NCBI GenBank assembly: GCA_040954595.2
Contig: CM082584.2
Coordinates: forward strand, 1,412,281-1,476,280
Reading direction: 5' to 3'
Source of the DNA: Balanoglossus misakiensis
Lineage: Eukaryota > Animalia > Hemichordata
DNA length: 64,000 nt
Numbering within the stretch: position 1 is the stretch's first letter; each line of letters begins with the position of its first letter. The notes below the pieces were generated by a model. That model worked only from the letters and a program-made list of their open reading frames with translations, was not told where the DNA came from and did not search any database. The position numbers were made by a program, and so were the translations under genes. This document shows positions 50,343 to 64,000 of the stretch, one piece after another.

Positions 50343-53300
50343 AGAGCTTCTATGACTGGTTACTAACTTCTATGTCTATTTGATTCACAGATGCTGCCTG
50401 AAACTGTCTGCGTTTCAACTCGGGATTCTCTTCCTTGTCCGGGGCGAGTTTAAGACCGCTCAATGGTAAGCATGACTTGCTTTATATTTGCTTTTATCGG
50501 GTGTTGCAACCGAAACAATAGGAAGAAATGTATGTCTACGAACTAATTTACATATTCCAGCTTTCAATACAATGTACCTGTTTTTTCCCCTTCGAATTCT
50601 GGCCTCGATTGCTTGTGATATGATCGTGATGTCATGAATTAGATGGACAACTCACAAGTTCAAATCTTCACGCGGAGCATAAAATAAATGTGGATGCATT
50701 TCCTTAAAGGGACAAAGTCTCTCTCTCGCTGCCCTTTTTTCCATTAATTATATTTGATACAAGACACCGTTTGTTATTCTACATGTAGATATATAGTGAA
50801 TGAACGTTCAGCCACACACAACTTCCGTCCCACTTGTAGACACGAGAGTAAAAATACTCGCCAAAATGAATAATCGTTCTTTACCATTTATTCATTTTGG
50901 GCGAGTTTTTACTCTCATATCATACAAGCGGGATGGAAGTTTTGTGTGGTTGATCATTTATTCACTATATATCCAAATATACATTGACATAAACAGTGTC
51001 TTGTATCAAACATAATTAATGGAAAAAGGACAGCGACAGAGAGACTTTGTCCCTTTAACCATATAGCTAAAATTACTCCCATATCAATACACAGGGAGAT
51101 ACTTTAACTTTGGCTGAACGTGTGCTAGTCCAACACTATGCTTAATCAAACTGGCTAAGAGATCTGTTATTATATTAGACGCATGAAGGAAAGTAATGTT
51201 GTTTAGAGTGAAATAAAACAATACTTTAGGCCAGAAAGAAAAATGTAAATCATGACACAAATAGGCTGGAAATTTTTTCTGACCCTATATTATACCATGT
51301 TTTGCATATTTTCACTAATTTGTATGGCCCACATAATTCTAAAGCAAGGTTGATTGGTTACTAATTAATATTTGCATATATTTGATTCACAGTCTTAAAC
51401 ACAGCATTTCAACGTATGCCGGAGGAGGAAGAGAATACCTAGGCCTGATCCAAGACCGCTTTCCGGTAAGCACACCTTGCTGTATACATGCTCCATAGCT
51501 TGTTTGTAAATGCTACCTTTTCCCATCAAATAGTGAAGTCACCCTTTTAAAATTATGGTGGTGGCAAGCCACAACTGGTTATCATGAAGAGTTGGACACC
51601 ACTAATAATCATTTTAATATTTTCCAATTGGTAACCTTTATGTACCACTATCCTCAACAATTTCAGTCAACAAGATTCATATTGCGCTGTATAGCAAGGC
51701 CAAACAAATATGACTGATTGATAGGGATTTTTCTGAAAATGTGACAAAATCAACAAATAAACAATAATCAGTCACCAATCATGCATTATGTGTTATTCGA
51801 GGGAACCTGAGCGGGTCCCATAAACCTGCCAACCCATGCTAGCCATGACTTTACAAATGTTTCCGTCATACTATGCAGAAAATTCTGGCTGCTTTAAATA
51901 GGTTTTTCACTTTGCGCTAGGTGTCAAATCTCATTGCATTCTGGGCGGAAAGTCCATAACCAACTGTAGTAAGAGATAGAAGAAATGATATGTTTACTGT
52001 ATTTCATGACTTCCTTCGGTCAAACATTTCTGTCTCGGTAGTTAGCATATTAAACTTTTTTTCACTTTTGCTATTTTTTCTGTTAAAAAGTTCAAGAATG
52101 ACCCATCATCATTTTAGCTTATGAACTCCCATTTCTTTAACATGGCAAAAATCGGCCATCTTGAAATTATCGACCGTATGAGATTTTCATCACTCATTTA
52201 GGGTAGCTTAAAACGTGTTTAAAGTAGGGAGAATTGTATAGGCAAGACTTGGGCTGTAAATTTGATGAAATAGCTACATGACTATTGTTCACAAGCAGCT
52301 GACTGTACTGTAAGACTGGAAGTGTTGTGTACATATTTTACATATTCAATATTTGTAATTAGACCATGTCATGTATATCTTGGGGATTGCTCGATCACAA
52401 TGTCTCTGCTGGTACAATGTCCTTTTAACATGTTCAGTAATATGGTAGTAATTGTAAGTTTGTGTGCGGCATTTGTAAATTATTTACAATTTATAAATTA
52501 TTTTGTAAGTTTCTTCATTCTCAAATTGCTTGCCTAACGTACTGCATTAACATTTAAATTTTGGTATGATTTTGAGTAGACTTTTTGTTTCAAAATTATT
52601 TTTGACACTTTTGGGTGATATGATTTTACATGGAAAATCTGATTTCCCTGTAATTCGGTTGACAGGATTTTCATCATATCTCTAAATCATGAAGTACATG
52701 TATCAGACTTGCATCAGGCCCCCAAAATTCTAGTCGCCTTTGGCAAGTAATATTAGCCATTGATCTGGGAAAGTTACAAAAATGTGTTGTCCAAGGACGT
52801 TGAAGGTACATGTGGTTTTTACACTTGCTGCATGTTTATAATTTGCAATAGAAATAGACACTCAGTGCCAGCCCACTATCCCGTCTCTTTATTGCTGACT
52901 TGTATGTATGTACGTATGTACGCATTTTATCAGAATTATTAGGTCCCATTTGGTATATGTATTTATACCATGGTACCTTACGGGATCAGTTGCACCTGTA
53001 TGTATGGATGTTTGTATGTCCATCAACATCAAACATTTGGAAACTACTGGCATTTCACCTTGATATTTAATGTGCAGACAGGGCAGTAGATGGGAGTTTG
53101 TCTAAGTGAAGTTGTCATTGCCAAAATATGCAAATTAGCTGGGAAAGTGTCAAATTCGTCAAAACTTGGGAACTCAACAACTACTGGGCAAATTGCTTTC
53201 AAAATTGATAATTGGTATGCATGTACCTTATGGTATCCTCTCACAATTCTACATGTTGTGAGCTAATAATGTGAATTTTCTATTTTTAAGCATTTTTTTT

Positions 53301-54210
53301 GTCTCTTTCCACATTGTCGGTAAAAACCTACTTTTCTGGAATTGATCAGCTGACTTGTTTGAAATTTATTATGAAGCTTCATAGGTGATCTGAGTTACCA
53401 ACCATAGTTTTGTTTAAATTGTTGCCAAAAATTGCGTATTTATAATTTTGGAGCAATTTTTAGGTCCCATTTGGTTTATGTACATATATACGATTGGGAC
53501 CTTATGGAATCAGTTGCATTTGTATGTATGAGTGAATGGATGAAAACCGCTGGGCATATCACTTCCATATTTAGTGTGTAGATGCAGGCGGGGCTGTAGA
53601 TGGGATTTTGTTCAAATGAAATTGTCATTGCCAAAATATTACCTGTGTAAATGTGAAATTGGTCAAAAGTCAGAAACTTGACAACCACTGGTCAGATTGG
53701 TATGTCAATGAACCCCATACAGTCCTGTATGTTGTGAGCTAATATTATGAATTTTCTAATGTTTATTAATTTTTTTTGTCTTTTTCCACATTATTGGTAA
53801 AAAAAAATCTTCACTTCTGAAAGCGATAGTCCGACTCCTTCGAAATTTAGTATGAAGCTTCCTATGGGTGGTCCGAGTTACCATATTTTTTGTTCAGATT
53901 GTTGTAAAATAGGCATATTTATAATTTTGAGCAATTTTGCCAATTAAGGTCAGAATGCTTTGCAATTTGGTAGGCAGATTCCCAGGGGTAACCCAAGGAA
54001 GATGTCATAAAAATGGTTAAAACTGCGTGCTTGTGTTATTGGGGATATTTTTGCAATCTTTGTCAAAAACTGTTTTCTGTTAAACCGTTCAAACCCTTGT
54101 CAGATTGCTTTGAATTTTGGCAGGAATGTTCCTTGTAGTGATTGAAGTAAGATGGTGTACAATTATAGAGATGTTTGCATATTTGTGTTTTTGCCACTTT
54201 TGAACAAATG
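50343..54210 (+). repeat. Local segmental duplication, copy 1
   Basis: AGAGCTTCTATGACTGGTTACTAAC (50343) matches 56828. Collinear blocks include 51281/58018 and 52263/59192, and the spurious ORFs at 52322 and 59246 are paralogous. The right edge is approximate. Confidence 0.85.
50708..51054. mobile_element. Foldback TTAA MITE (same family as 25952) with an empty paralogous site
   Basis: CATTTCC-TTAA[AGGGACAAAG...CTTTGTCCCT]TTAA-CCATATAGCT here, versus CATTTCC-TTAA-CCATATAGCT at 57165-57185. Confidence 0.95.
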
Positions 54211-56400
54211 TGTTTTTCTTTGAAACTGCTTTTTTGATGGCTTTGAAATATGGTAGGAATATTCCTATGGGTAACCCAATTTTTAGCTCACCTGAAAATC
54301 ACGTGAGCTTATAGTTTAGCGATGTCTGTGTATGTGTGTGTCTGTCTGTATACCCGATATCTCAAGAACCGCTGAACCGATTTCAACCAAATTTAGTACA
54401 CAGGTTCAGATATCATATGGCAAGAACTGAAAAGGTTTTGGTGGGTGTGGCTTTGATATTAATGAAGTTATTAAAGTTTTAATTTTTCTATTACATGGTT
54501 GTCTATGAGAGCTTTCGTTAATGCTGCATATATGACCAGTGGAAACGATAGTTTGAGGAGATCGACTGTTTGAGGGCGCTGTGAAATGAGACATTCCTGG
54601 CGATATTGCCGTGGTTCTGTCCATGCTCAGACGCTGTACCCGTCGTTACGAATAATTTCCCTACGTGAATCCACAAGGAAGCTAACGTTGTTTAGTTGCT
54701 TCATAGAGCGTAAATTGTTAATCTACAGGACCGTCAGACGAATACTCTTTTCAAATGAAGTTTGAAACTACTTACGAGTAAGTTAGTGGAGACAATATGG
54801 CGGATAGTTGGCGTGCAGCCGAATCCGCGTTATGACTATGACGTGACCCATTCATCAAGACAAACCGTAAATGATTCACGCATATTGTGGTCCTCACGCA
54901 GTCAATCTCAAAATGTCACCAGGCTTTCTATTTGTCTATTGTTCAGAGAAAAATAACATGGCGGTTGATCACACTCAACAGTAAAATCCGTTTTGTGTGT
55001 TTATAGACAGTCTGTTATCGCCAATACTATATAGCGATTGCTAGATGGCCTACCCAATATGTGATCGAGCGAGAATGATAACATTGAATGTCTGTTCAGA
55101 TCTCATTCCGTACGTCATACGTCAACATTTCGATTTCGATTTAATCCATTCATAAAGAATTTAGAGAAAGTCGTCTTGAATTGTGACCCTGACTATCAAT
55201 TAGTTTACGATGATTTTTTGGCGACGGAATACACGAGACGCCATTGCATAACTACGTCAGCTGGACTTCCAAGGTTACCATTTTGTGTGTATGGAATCTT
55301 ATCACAGAGCCTACGTACTTTGACAATATGCCATGCTATATCAATGACGCCCCAGAAAATTTGTCAAAAAATGAATTTGTCTTCTCATGGTGGTGCAATA
55401 TATTTTAATGTCTATTTTGAGGTTGATTTTGGTTTTTGGCTAACATGTATATAAATGTCAGCTTATAGCATAAGTTGGTGTCCGTCGGCTATGTATGTCT
55501 GTATGTGTGCCTCATACAGAATTATGTATTTTGTGAATGGATCAGTTTCGTCTTAATGTATTGATGTATGTATGTGTATGTCCATCAACATCAAAAACTT
55601 GAAACTACTGATATTTAGTGTGTACATAGAAATTGTTATTGCGAAAAAATGCATACTGGTATTAACTGGAAAAATGTTCAAATAGTCAAAATTGAAAAAC
55701 TTAATAACAGCGGATCAGATTAAGTTAAAAATTGGCGTGCATTGGTGTGCAAGTACTTTGGGAAGACCTCGTATGATTTTGTTCAGGTGGAGTCAGTATC
55801 TGGCGTTTCCTATTTTTTATGAATTTTTTGGGGAATTTTCTGCAGTTTTGTTAAAAAAAATTTTTCTCTGAAATTACATGTCCAATTGATTGGAAACTTG
55901 GTATGGAGGTTCATAGGGCTTACCTGAATCACATTTGTGCAAACGGTGGTGAAATTTGCAAAAATGCATTTTTGGGCAATATTTCCTGTTTTTGCCAAAA
56001 AATCCAATCCTGTGAAATGTAGGTGCAATTGTTTTGATACTTTGTATTTGGGTTTCTAGGGGTGATCTCAGTCAGATATGATCAAATTGTAATGACATTT
56101 GCATAATTGTATTTTTTGGGAATTTCTGCAGGGTTTGGCCAAATAGTCTTCGGTAATACCACAAGTCCAATTGGTTGGAAACTTTGAATGGGAATTCATA
56201 TATGTGATATCAGTCAGATTTGTCTGAATTTCCTGTTGTTTGCCAAAATGTCTTCCTTATTGAAACTTGTTAAAGAGGTTCTTAGGCATGAACAGAAATC
56301 AGATTTGTTGAAATCTGGTGAAATATTCATACTTTTTGGTATATTTCTTGCCATTTTTGATCAAAGAGTTTTAGAATTCCATAGACTTATTATTTTTATG
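52939..56400 (+). mobile_element. Cluster of Helentron-associated (HINE/DINE-1-like) repeats
   Basis: Heads TTAGGTCCCAT...ATGG(G/T)ACCTTA plus a (TGTA)n/(TGTC)n microsatellite at 52939 and 53459, and TTTTAGCTCACCTG...GTGAGCT at 54281, each followed by diverged AT-rich core repeats. Confidence 0.6.
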
Positions 56401-56827
56401 CAGTTCAGGATGGGGTACATGACTCATAACCCCTTACAAAAATTGACAAGGCAACAATTCCACAAACATGTTTACATTTCACAATGGTGCAACACACAAC
56501 CCTTACACCATATACACTATAAACCAAAATGGTTTAAAACTGGTTTTTCTAATCTTGTTATTCTGTCAACCAATCACAGTACTGCACGTGAGCATATTCA
56601 GTTAATATCTGGTTCCTGATTGCTTTGGAAGTTAGTTAACAATTTCATAACACATGTACATGTATGTGCAACTTTGATTAAATTCTGGTTGTCAATATTT
56701 AGGTAGTTTGTTGTAAATTTCTTTGTTTTTGGATAGCAAATCTTTTTAACCAATTGCTCAGTTTCTTTGAAAGTTACTGTTAACAAGGAGAGTTAGTACA
56801 CCCAACTTAGACTTTTACACCCAACTT

Positions 56828-59800
56828 AGAGCTACTATGACTGGTTACTAACTTCTATATCTATTTGATTCACAGATGCTGCCTGAAATTGTCTGCATTT
56901 CAACTCGGGATTCTCTTCCTCGTCTGGGGCGAGTTTAAGACCGCTCAATGGTAAGCATGACTTGCTGTATATTTGCTTTTATCGGGCGTGGCACAACCGA
57001 AACAATAGGAAACAATGTATGTCTACGAACTAATTTACACCTTCCAGTTATCAATACTTTTTTCCTTCGAATTCTAGCCTCGATTGCCTGTGATATGATC
57101 GTGATGACATGAATTAAATGGTCAAGTTCAAATCTTCATGTGAAGCATAAATTAAATTTGGATGCATTTCCTTAACCATATAGCTAGAAATTACTCCCAT
57201 ACCAATACACGGGGAGATACCGTAATTTTGGCTGAAAGTGTGCTAGTCCAACACTATGCTTCATCAAACTGGCTAAGAGATCTATTATTATATATAGACA
57301 CATGAAGGAAAGTAATGTTGTTTATAGTGAAATAAAACAATACCTTAGGCCACAAAGAAAAATATAGATCACGACACAAACAGGCTGGAGTTTTTTTCAA
57401 AAATGTGTGCATAAGATCATATTGGCCCATGGTAATCAAAGCCAAAGCAGCCCAGTTCCAAATTCGAAACTCAGCTCAGTACCAGAAACTTGCTCAAAGC
57501 TACCAAATGCACAGAAAGTTTTGAGAATCTAGATGAAAAATCACCAAGCGACTAGTGCGCTTGTCTATGTTCAATGTGTCTTCCCTGGTAACAACATGTA
57601 CTTCTGCCACCATGCCATGAGATATACTGACAGCCACGTTTGAAACATTTTAGTATACTGATATTCAAAGTTTAAATGTAAAGGCTTACTTTTCTATAGT
57701 AAAATAAATGTTTTATAATTGCCAACAATTTACATTCTTGCGCTAATCAGTTGTATGAAAAGTGAGGTGGATCAAATGTAAGTTTCATTTTCACAACAAA
57801 CATTAAGAAATCATTGTACAGTGTTACGTAGATGTCAAAGTGTGTGTACACCTGTCGTTTACAGATATGATGTCAGTTTCACTTGTCACCTAACTGCCAT
57901 GTTTGTGGTATACCCATGTGGACCACTTTACTGCAGTACTGATGTAAATGGAGTTTCAAGATCGCTGTTACAGATTTCTCTGATTCGTATTCCACGTACA
58001 TTATCGCAGCACAGTCTGACCCTATATTATACCATGTTTTGCATATTTTCACTAATTAGTATGGCCCAAATAATTCTAAAGCAAGGTTGATTGGTTACTA
58101 ATTGATAAGCATATATTTGATTCACAGTCTTAAACACAGCATTTCAACGTATGCCGGAGGAGGAAGAGAATACCTAGGCCTGATCCAAGACCGCTTTCCG
58201 GTAAGCACAACTTGCTGTATACATGCTCCATAGCTTGTTTGTAAAGGCTACCTTTTCCCATCAAATAGTGAAGTCGCCCTTTCAAAATTATGGTGGTGGT
58301 AAGCCACAACTGGTTATCATGGAGAGCCCCATATAAACTTACCAGCCCACGCTAGCCATGACTTTACAAATGTTTCCGTCATACTATGCAGAAAATTCTG
58401 GCTGCCTTAAATAGGTTTTCACTTTGCGCTAGGGGGTCAAATCACATTGCATTCTGGGCGAAAAGTCTACAACCCACTGTAGTAAGAGGTGGAAGAAATG
58501 ATACATTTTGTGTATTTCATGCTTTGGTCAAACATGTCTGTCTCCGTAGTTAGCATATTAAACTCATTAAATGTTTTTCACATTTTGTTATTTTGTCAGT
58601 TATGACCCATTATCACTTTAGCTTTAGCTTAGGCTCCATTCACAAACACCTCTGGATGGGGGGGGGGGGGGAAATTCAATTTTTTTACTGCTAATTTTCA
58701 CATGCCCCCCCCCCCCTGTACACAACCCGAAATATTTTCAAATCCCCCACCCCCTTCTGAACTGCCAAAATTTTAAAATCCCCCCCCCATTTTCTTTCAC
58801 AGAGCAAAACACATCACTTATCTATCTTGTAAAAAAGAAAAACAGCGCTCCCATGAAAAGACTTTGAAACTGATGTTTCCCCTCATCAGTGGGTATTAAA
58901 ACTGAACATGGTTTTTATTTTTTAAGTATTTGTATTCTGTGTTGGGAGACATTGTAAACCGGGAATTGAAGGGGGTGGGTGTGGGAAGGGGTGTCCCCCT
59001 CCCACGTAAGAAAATTTTATAAAATACAGAGCTCAAAGCTGCATTTTTATGAACCCGGCAAAAGCAAATTAACTCAACTACCAGTATGTTGGGGAGGATA
59101 AATTTAACCGTCGCCGCTCAAAGTTATCATGGGGTGGGGGCAAGTCCCCTGACATGGGACACTAGATAAACCAGTTAATGATTGAAAGGTGTTGATGAAA
59201 TAGCTACATGCCTATTGTTAACAAGCAGCTGACTGTACTGAAAGAATGGAAGTGTTGTGTACCTATTTTACATATTCAATATTTGTAATTAGACCATGTC
59301 ATGTATATCTTGGGGATTGCTCGATCGCAATGTCTCTGCTGGTACAATGTCCTTTTAACTTGTACAGTAATATGGTAGTGATTGTAAGTTTGTGTACGGC
59401 ATTTGTAAGTTATTTTCAATTTATAATTTTTTTGTAAGTTTCTTCATTCTCAAATTGCTTGCCTAACGTACTGCTTTAAAATTTAAATTTTGGTATGATT
59501 TTGAGTAGACTTTTTGTTTCAAAATTATTTTCGACACTTGACATTTTTGGGTGATATGATTTTACATGGAAAATCTGATTTCCCTGTAATTCGGTTGACA
59601 GGATTTTCACAATATCTCTAAATCATGAAGTACATGTATCAGAATTGCATCAGGCCCCCAAAATTCTAGTCGCCCTTGGCAAGTAATATTAGCCATTGTT
59701 GTCCAAGGACGTTGAAGGTACAATTGGTTTTTAAACTTACTATGTAGGCATTTTATCAGAATTATTAGGTCCCATTTGGTGCAGGTATATGTATTTATAC

Positions 59801-60900
59801 CATGGGACCTTATGGGATCAGTTGCACCTGTATATATGGATGTCTGTATGGATGTTTGTCTGTATGTCTATCAATATCAAACACTTGGAAACCACTGGCA
59901 TGTGACCTTGATATTTAGTGTGGAGATGCAGGCAGGGCATTAAGTGGGAGTTGTCAAAATGAACTTGTCATTGCCAAAATATGCAAATTAGCTGGGAAAG
60001 TGTCAAATTCGTCCAAACTCGGGAACTCGACAACTACTGAGCAAATTGCTTTCAAAATTGAAAATTGAAATTCCTGTAAGTTATGTTAACCTCACACAGT
60101 TCTATATGTTGTGAGCTAATGTGAATTTTCGATTTTTTATGTATTTTTTGTCTCTTGCCACATTATCGGTAGAAAATCTGCTTTTCTGGAATTGATCAGC
60201 TGACTTATTTGAAATTTAGTATGAAGCTTCATAGGTGATCTGAGTTATCATAGTTTTGTAAGGTCCCATTTGCTTTACCATGGGACCTTATGATATCGGT
60301 GGATGTATGTATGTATGTCTGTATGTCCGTCCACATCACAAACTTGAAAACCGCTGGGCATATGACCTCGATATTTGGTGTGTAGATGCAGGCCAGACTG
60401 AAGATTGGAGTTTGTTCAAATGAAGCTGTCATTGCCAAAAATATGCAAATTAGCTAGGAAAATGTGAAATTGGTCAAAACTCAAACTCAACAACCACTGG
60501 TCACATTCATTTGAAAATCAGTATGCATGTACCTTATGTCTACCTCAAACAGTCCTGTATGTTTTGAGCTAATATTATCGATTTTTAATTTTTTATGCCA
60601 AAAATCTTTTATGCATTTTTTGTATTATTCCACATTATTGGTAAAGAAATCATCATTTCTTAAAGTTATAGGCCTCATTCTTTGAATTTTAGTATGAAGC
60701 TTCTAATGGTTGTCTGAGTAACCAAAGTTTTGTTCAAATTGTTGAAAAATTTGCATATTTTAATTTTGAGCAATTTTTGCCACTTTTGGTCATTTTTTTT
60801 TCTTTAAAACTGCATGCCAGATTGATTTGGTAGGCATATTCCTAAGGGTAAACTGAGTAAGATGTTGTAAAAATGTTTTAGTATATATTGTGTTATTGGG
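56828..60900 (+). repeat. Local segmental duplication, copy 2 (extra segments at ~57399-58015 and ~58625-59190)
   Basis: Collinear with 50343-54040 but lacks the 50708 MITE. A further partial copy lies at ~61640-62050. Confidence 0.85.
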
Positions 60901-63900
60901 GAAGGGGGGGGGGGGGGTTACTCAAACATTTATAACACCCAGCAACTTTTGGTACTGGCAGGGTTTGTCCTCCAATGATTTCAACATCCTGCTAGGAATA
61001 CAACCTCTCCTCAACTTTATAAATATAGGGCATGACATTGCAGGTTTTTTGAGAACACTGTTTAAAATAACCCTCATCAAGCCTGTTAACTTATTTAGAC
61101 AGACTATTATCCAGAATGAAACGAAACATGGATGCAATAAAAAGATCTTGTGCAATAAAAACCAAGTTGATCATAACAATTATTTGCTAAGTACAACATG
61201 TACATCACTAATAGAAGTTATGGCTATAAGCATAAACCTGTTTGTTTTGCTATCTTCACTATTCATATTATCTGACTATATTAATACATTTGCAAGCATA
61301 CTGTTTCAGACATAGCGAATTTGATAAACATCTACAAATATATTTTTACCTGTTGAAGTTATCAAAATCCAGACACTTGACAAAAGGACATTTTTCATCC
61401 CCTCTATAGATTGATAGTCTAACATAGCAGGCAATCTGTTTTTAACAACTGCAGAAGCCTTCATAAATAGTTGTTGGCCAGAATGAAAGCTTAGGGGGAC
61501 GTAGGATTTCCTACTTTTTAGGTTATTTTTTTATGGCCCCAAAAAGCTATGACAAAAAATTGATGACCCCCTTGGAATTTATAATTCCCCCCCCCCCTAT
61601 CATACCCTGTCCATATTCTTATAAATGTCAATAAATGCCATACAGTCCTGTATGTTTTGTTTTGAGCTAATATTATGAATTTTCTATTTTTATTGTTTTG
61701 TCTTTTACTGCATTATTGGTAAAGAAAAATCTTCCTTTCTGAAAGCCATAGTTTTTGTTCAAATTGCAAATTGTTGTGAAATTGGTATATTTATATTTTT
61801 GAGCAATTTTGTAATTTTTGCTCAGAATGCAGATTCCTAGGGGGGTAACCCAAGTAAGGTGTTGTAAAAGAATTGTTTAAAAAATAAAAATATATTTGTA
61901 GATGGTTATCAAATTCGCTGTGTCTGAAAGCGCTTGTCAGATTGCTTTGAACTTTGACAGGAATGTTCCTTGTAGTGATTTAAGTAAGATGGCGTACAAT
62001 TATAGTGATTTTTGCATATTTGTGTTTTTGCCACTTTTGAACAAATGTAGTTTTGTTTAACCCCCATCTTACCCTATCCATATTCAAATAAATATGAAAA
62101 GAAATTTCTCACAGATATTATTTACTTTGATAATACTATCATTTGTGCAACAACTAATCAATCAAACAGTCAATAATCATAAATTGGGAGTTCAAAAATA
62201 TCTATAAGGGAGATTTAAAACCCCGTTAGCAACAACTGTTTGCCATGTTTTCAGTATTAATGTTTTGTGTAGCTTCTGCAGTTTTTAGGTCCCATATGGT
62301 ATGTACCATGGGCCTTATGGAATCAGTTGCGTCTGTATTTATGTATGGATGTACTGTATTTTCGCGAGTTAAATTTTTCGCGATATCGAGAGAGGCCACT
62401 GTTTCGCGAGTATTAATTTTCACGTTCTCTTATTTCATTCACTGCATCGTTATCTTCAAAAACAATTTACGCGACTTTTTATTTTCACGTTATTTTGGCT
62501 CTCGCGTATTTGGCGAAAATTAATTGCTCGCGAAAATAAAGTGTTTTACAGTATGTCTGTCTGTTTGTATGGATGTATGTCTGTATGTCCGTCCACATCT
62601 AAAACTTGAAAACCGTTGTGCATATCACCTCGATATTTGGTGTGCAGATGCAGGCTGGGCTGTAGATTGGAGTTTGTTAACATGAAAATGTCATTACCAA
62701 ATATATGCAAATTAGCTGGAAAATGTGAAATTGGTCAAAACTCGCAAAATTCAACAACTGCTGGTCAGATTGATTTGGAAATTGGTATGCAAGTACCTTA
62801 TGCCTACCTCATACAGTCCTGTATGTTTTGAGCTAATTTTGATTTTCTATTTTTGATGCATTTGTTTGTATTTTTCAACATTATTGGTAAAAAATCTTCA
62901 TATGAATCTAAAATTACCGTCGAATCATCCAGTGTGAGTTAGCACTGTAATTAGCAAAAGTTAAATCCACAGTTACCCAGCAAATTTGATATAATACTTC
63001 ACATAGGTATTGGTTTTGAACATCCTTCAGAAAGGGTATGAATATTTTAAAATTTTTACTGTTGCAACCCAGACTAGTTTATTTCTGAATAAACAGAGAA
63101 ATGACAACCGGATAGATTATTCTTCTGTACTAAAGACATATGCAGACACAAGAAATAGTCTGAACATTTTCAGTACATTACTAAAACAGTGTCGGTACAT
63201 TGTACTATAAACTGAGGAAGATTAGTGACTATTGTTTGCCAAAAATGGTCCCAAGTCATTTCTCAAGCATAGCAGAATAGTAGCTTTGAGTAGCAAAGTG
63301 TGATGATTTAAAATGTAAAAAGACAACACCAATCTCTAGCTCTGCTCTCAGCACTGCAAAAGTTATCTGACAGGTAGATAGATGTTCAGTCATCCTATGT
63401 CTGTCAACATTTTTCTTTTCTGAAATCACTGGCGCAAGTGCTTTTAAAATTGGTGTGCAGGTTTCTTGGGGTGGCGAAGTAATGTGTGTTCAAATTGTGT
63501 TGAATTCTGCATATTTGTAGTTTGGAACAAGTTTTTTGCTGTTTTTGGAAGAAAAAAGCTAAGCTCGTAGATTACTTTGACTATGCAGGTTTCTAGGTAT
63601 GACACAAGTTGTTTCTTCAAAATATGGTGAAATTTGCATATTTGGGGGGAAATTTTCTCTGAAATTTAGTATTGATCTCCCTGAGGTATGTGACATAATC
63701 TGTAATTTTGTATTTTGGAGACAGTTGCCTTTTTGTACAAACAAAAAATCTTGTCAGAATATGCATGTCTGATTGCCATGTCCACAGGGGTGATCTACTT
63801 TTATTTACATTATAACCGAATCAGTAAAGTTTTCATAATGATCTTTAAAATAGGTACGTCTAATTGTTTTGATCTTTGGTATGAATTGTCCCTTGGTGAT

Positions 63901-64000
63901 CTTAGTCAATGCTTTTGAAATTCCGCTGAATATTGCATTATTATTTTGTCTAAGTCTGAAGAGTAGTCATCATCTCTGAAACCCCTTGACCTAAGTCAGG
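59765..64000 (+). mobile_element. Further HINE-like copies and core repeats
   Basis: AGGTCCCAT...ATGGGACCT/ATGGGCCT heads at 59765, 60260 and 62283, followed by TGTA microsatellites and the same ACTTGAAAACC...ATGCAAATTAGCT core. Confidence 0.6.
62354..62551. mobile_element. 198-bp TA-flanked MITE inserted in a (TGTA)n tract
   Basis: TA|CTGTATTTTCGCGAG ... CTCGCGAAAATAAAGTGTTTTACAG|TA, with internal TTTTCGCG repeats. Confidence 0.7.

Noticed and set aside
47278-64000. Short ORFs (60-143 aa) in the right-hand region, including the paralogous pair 52322/59246
   Set aside because: No recognisable domains; the similarity is explained by the DNA duplication and most lie within repeats.

Overview
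Repeat-dominated, AT-rich eukaryotic DNA, probably from an invertebrate animal, with no recognisable intact host gene. Bases 1-~21450 are a ~78-bp satellite array with ~1-kb and 3437-bp higher-order structure; all ORFs there are artefacts of the 26-codon period. The 21.5-40 kb region is a stack of nested transposon remnants: TTAA-targeted Kolobok-type MITEs, an 8-bp-TSD TIR element, a Helentron/HINE-like element containing RTE-X-like and L2/CR1-like LINE fragments that are themselves interrupted, an intron-containing hAT transposase pseudogene and a ~170-bp tandem repeat. The main feature is an apparently intact tyrosine-recombinase retrotransposon (DIRS order, PAT-like) at 40778-47269. It has identical split direct repeats (A1...B1-A2-spacer-B2), a gag with a CCHC knuckle, an RT/RNase H/methyltransferase-like pol, and an ALOG-domain tyrosine recombinase. 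Its three ORFs do not overlap, and each has a phase-0 splice acceptor at or near its 5' end that is compatible with one upstream leader exon. This suggests expression by alternative splicing and polyadenylation (inference, not demonstrated). The last 14 kb holds a diverged local duplication, HINE-like repeats and further MITEs. All family calls come from motif recognition by eye; no database searches were run.
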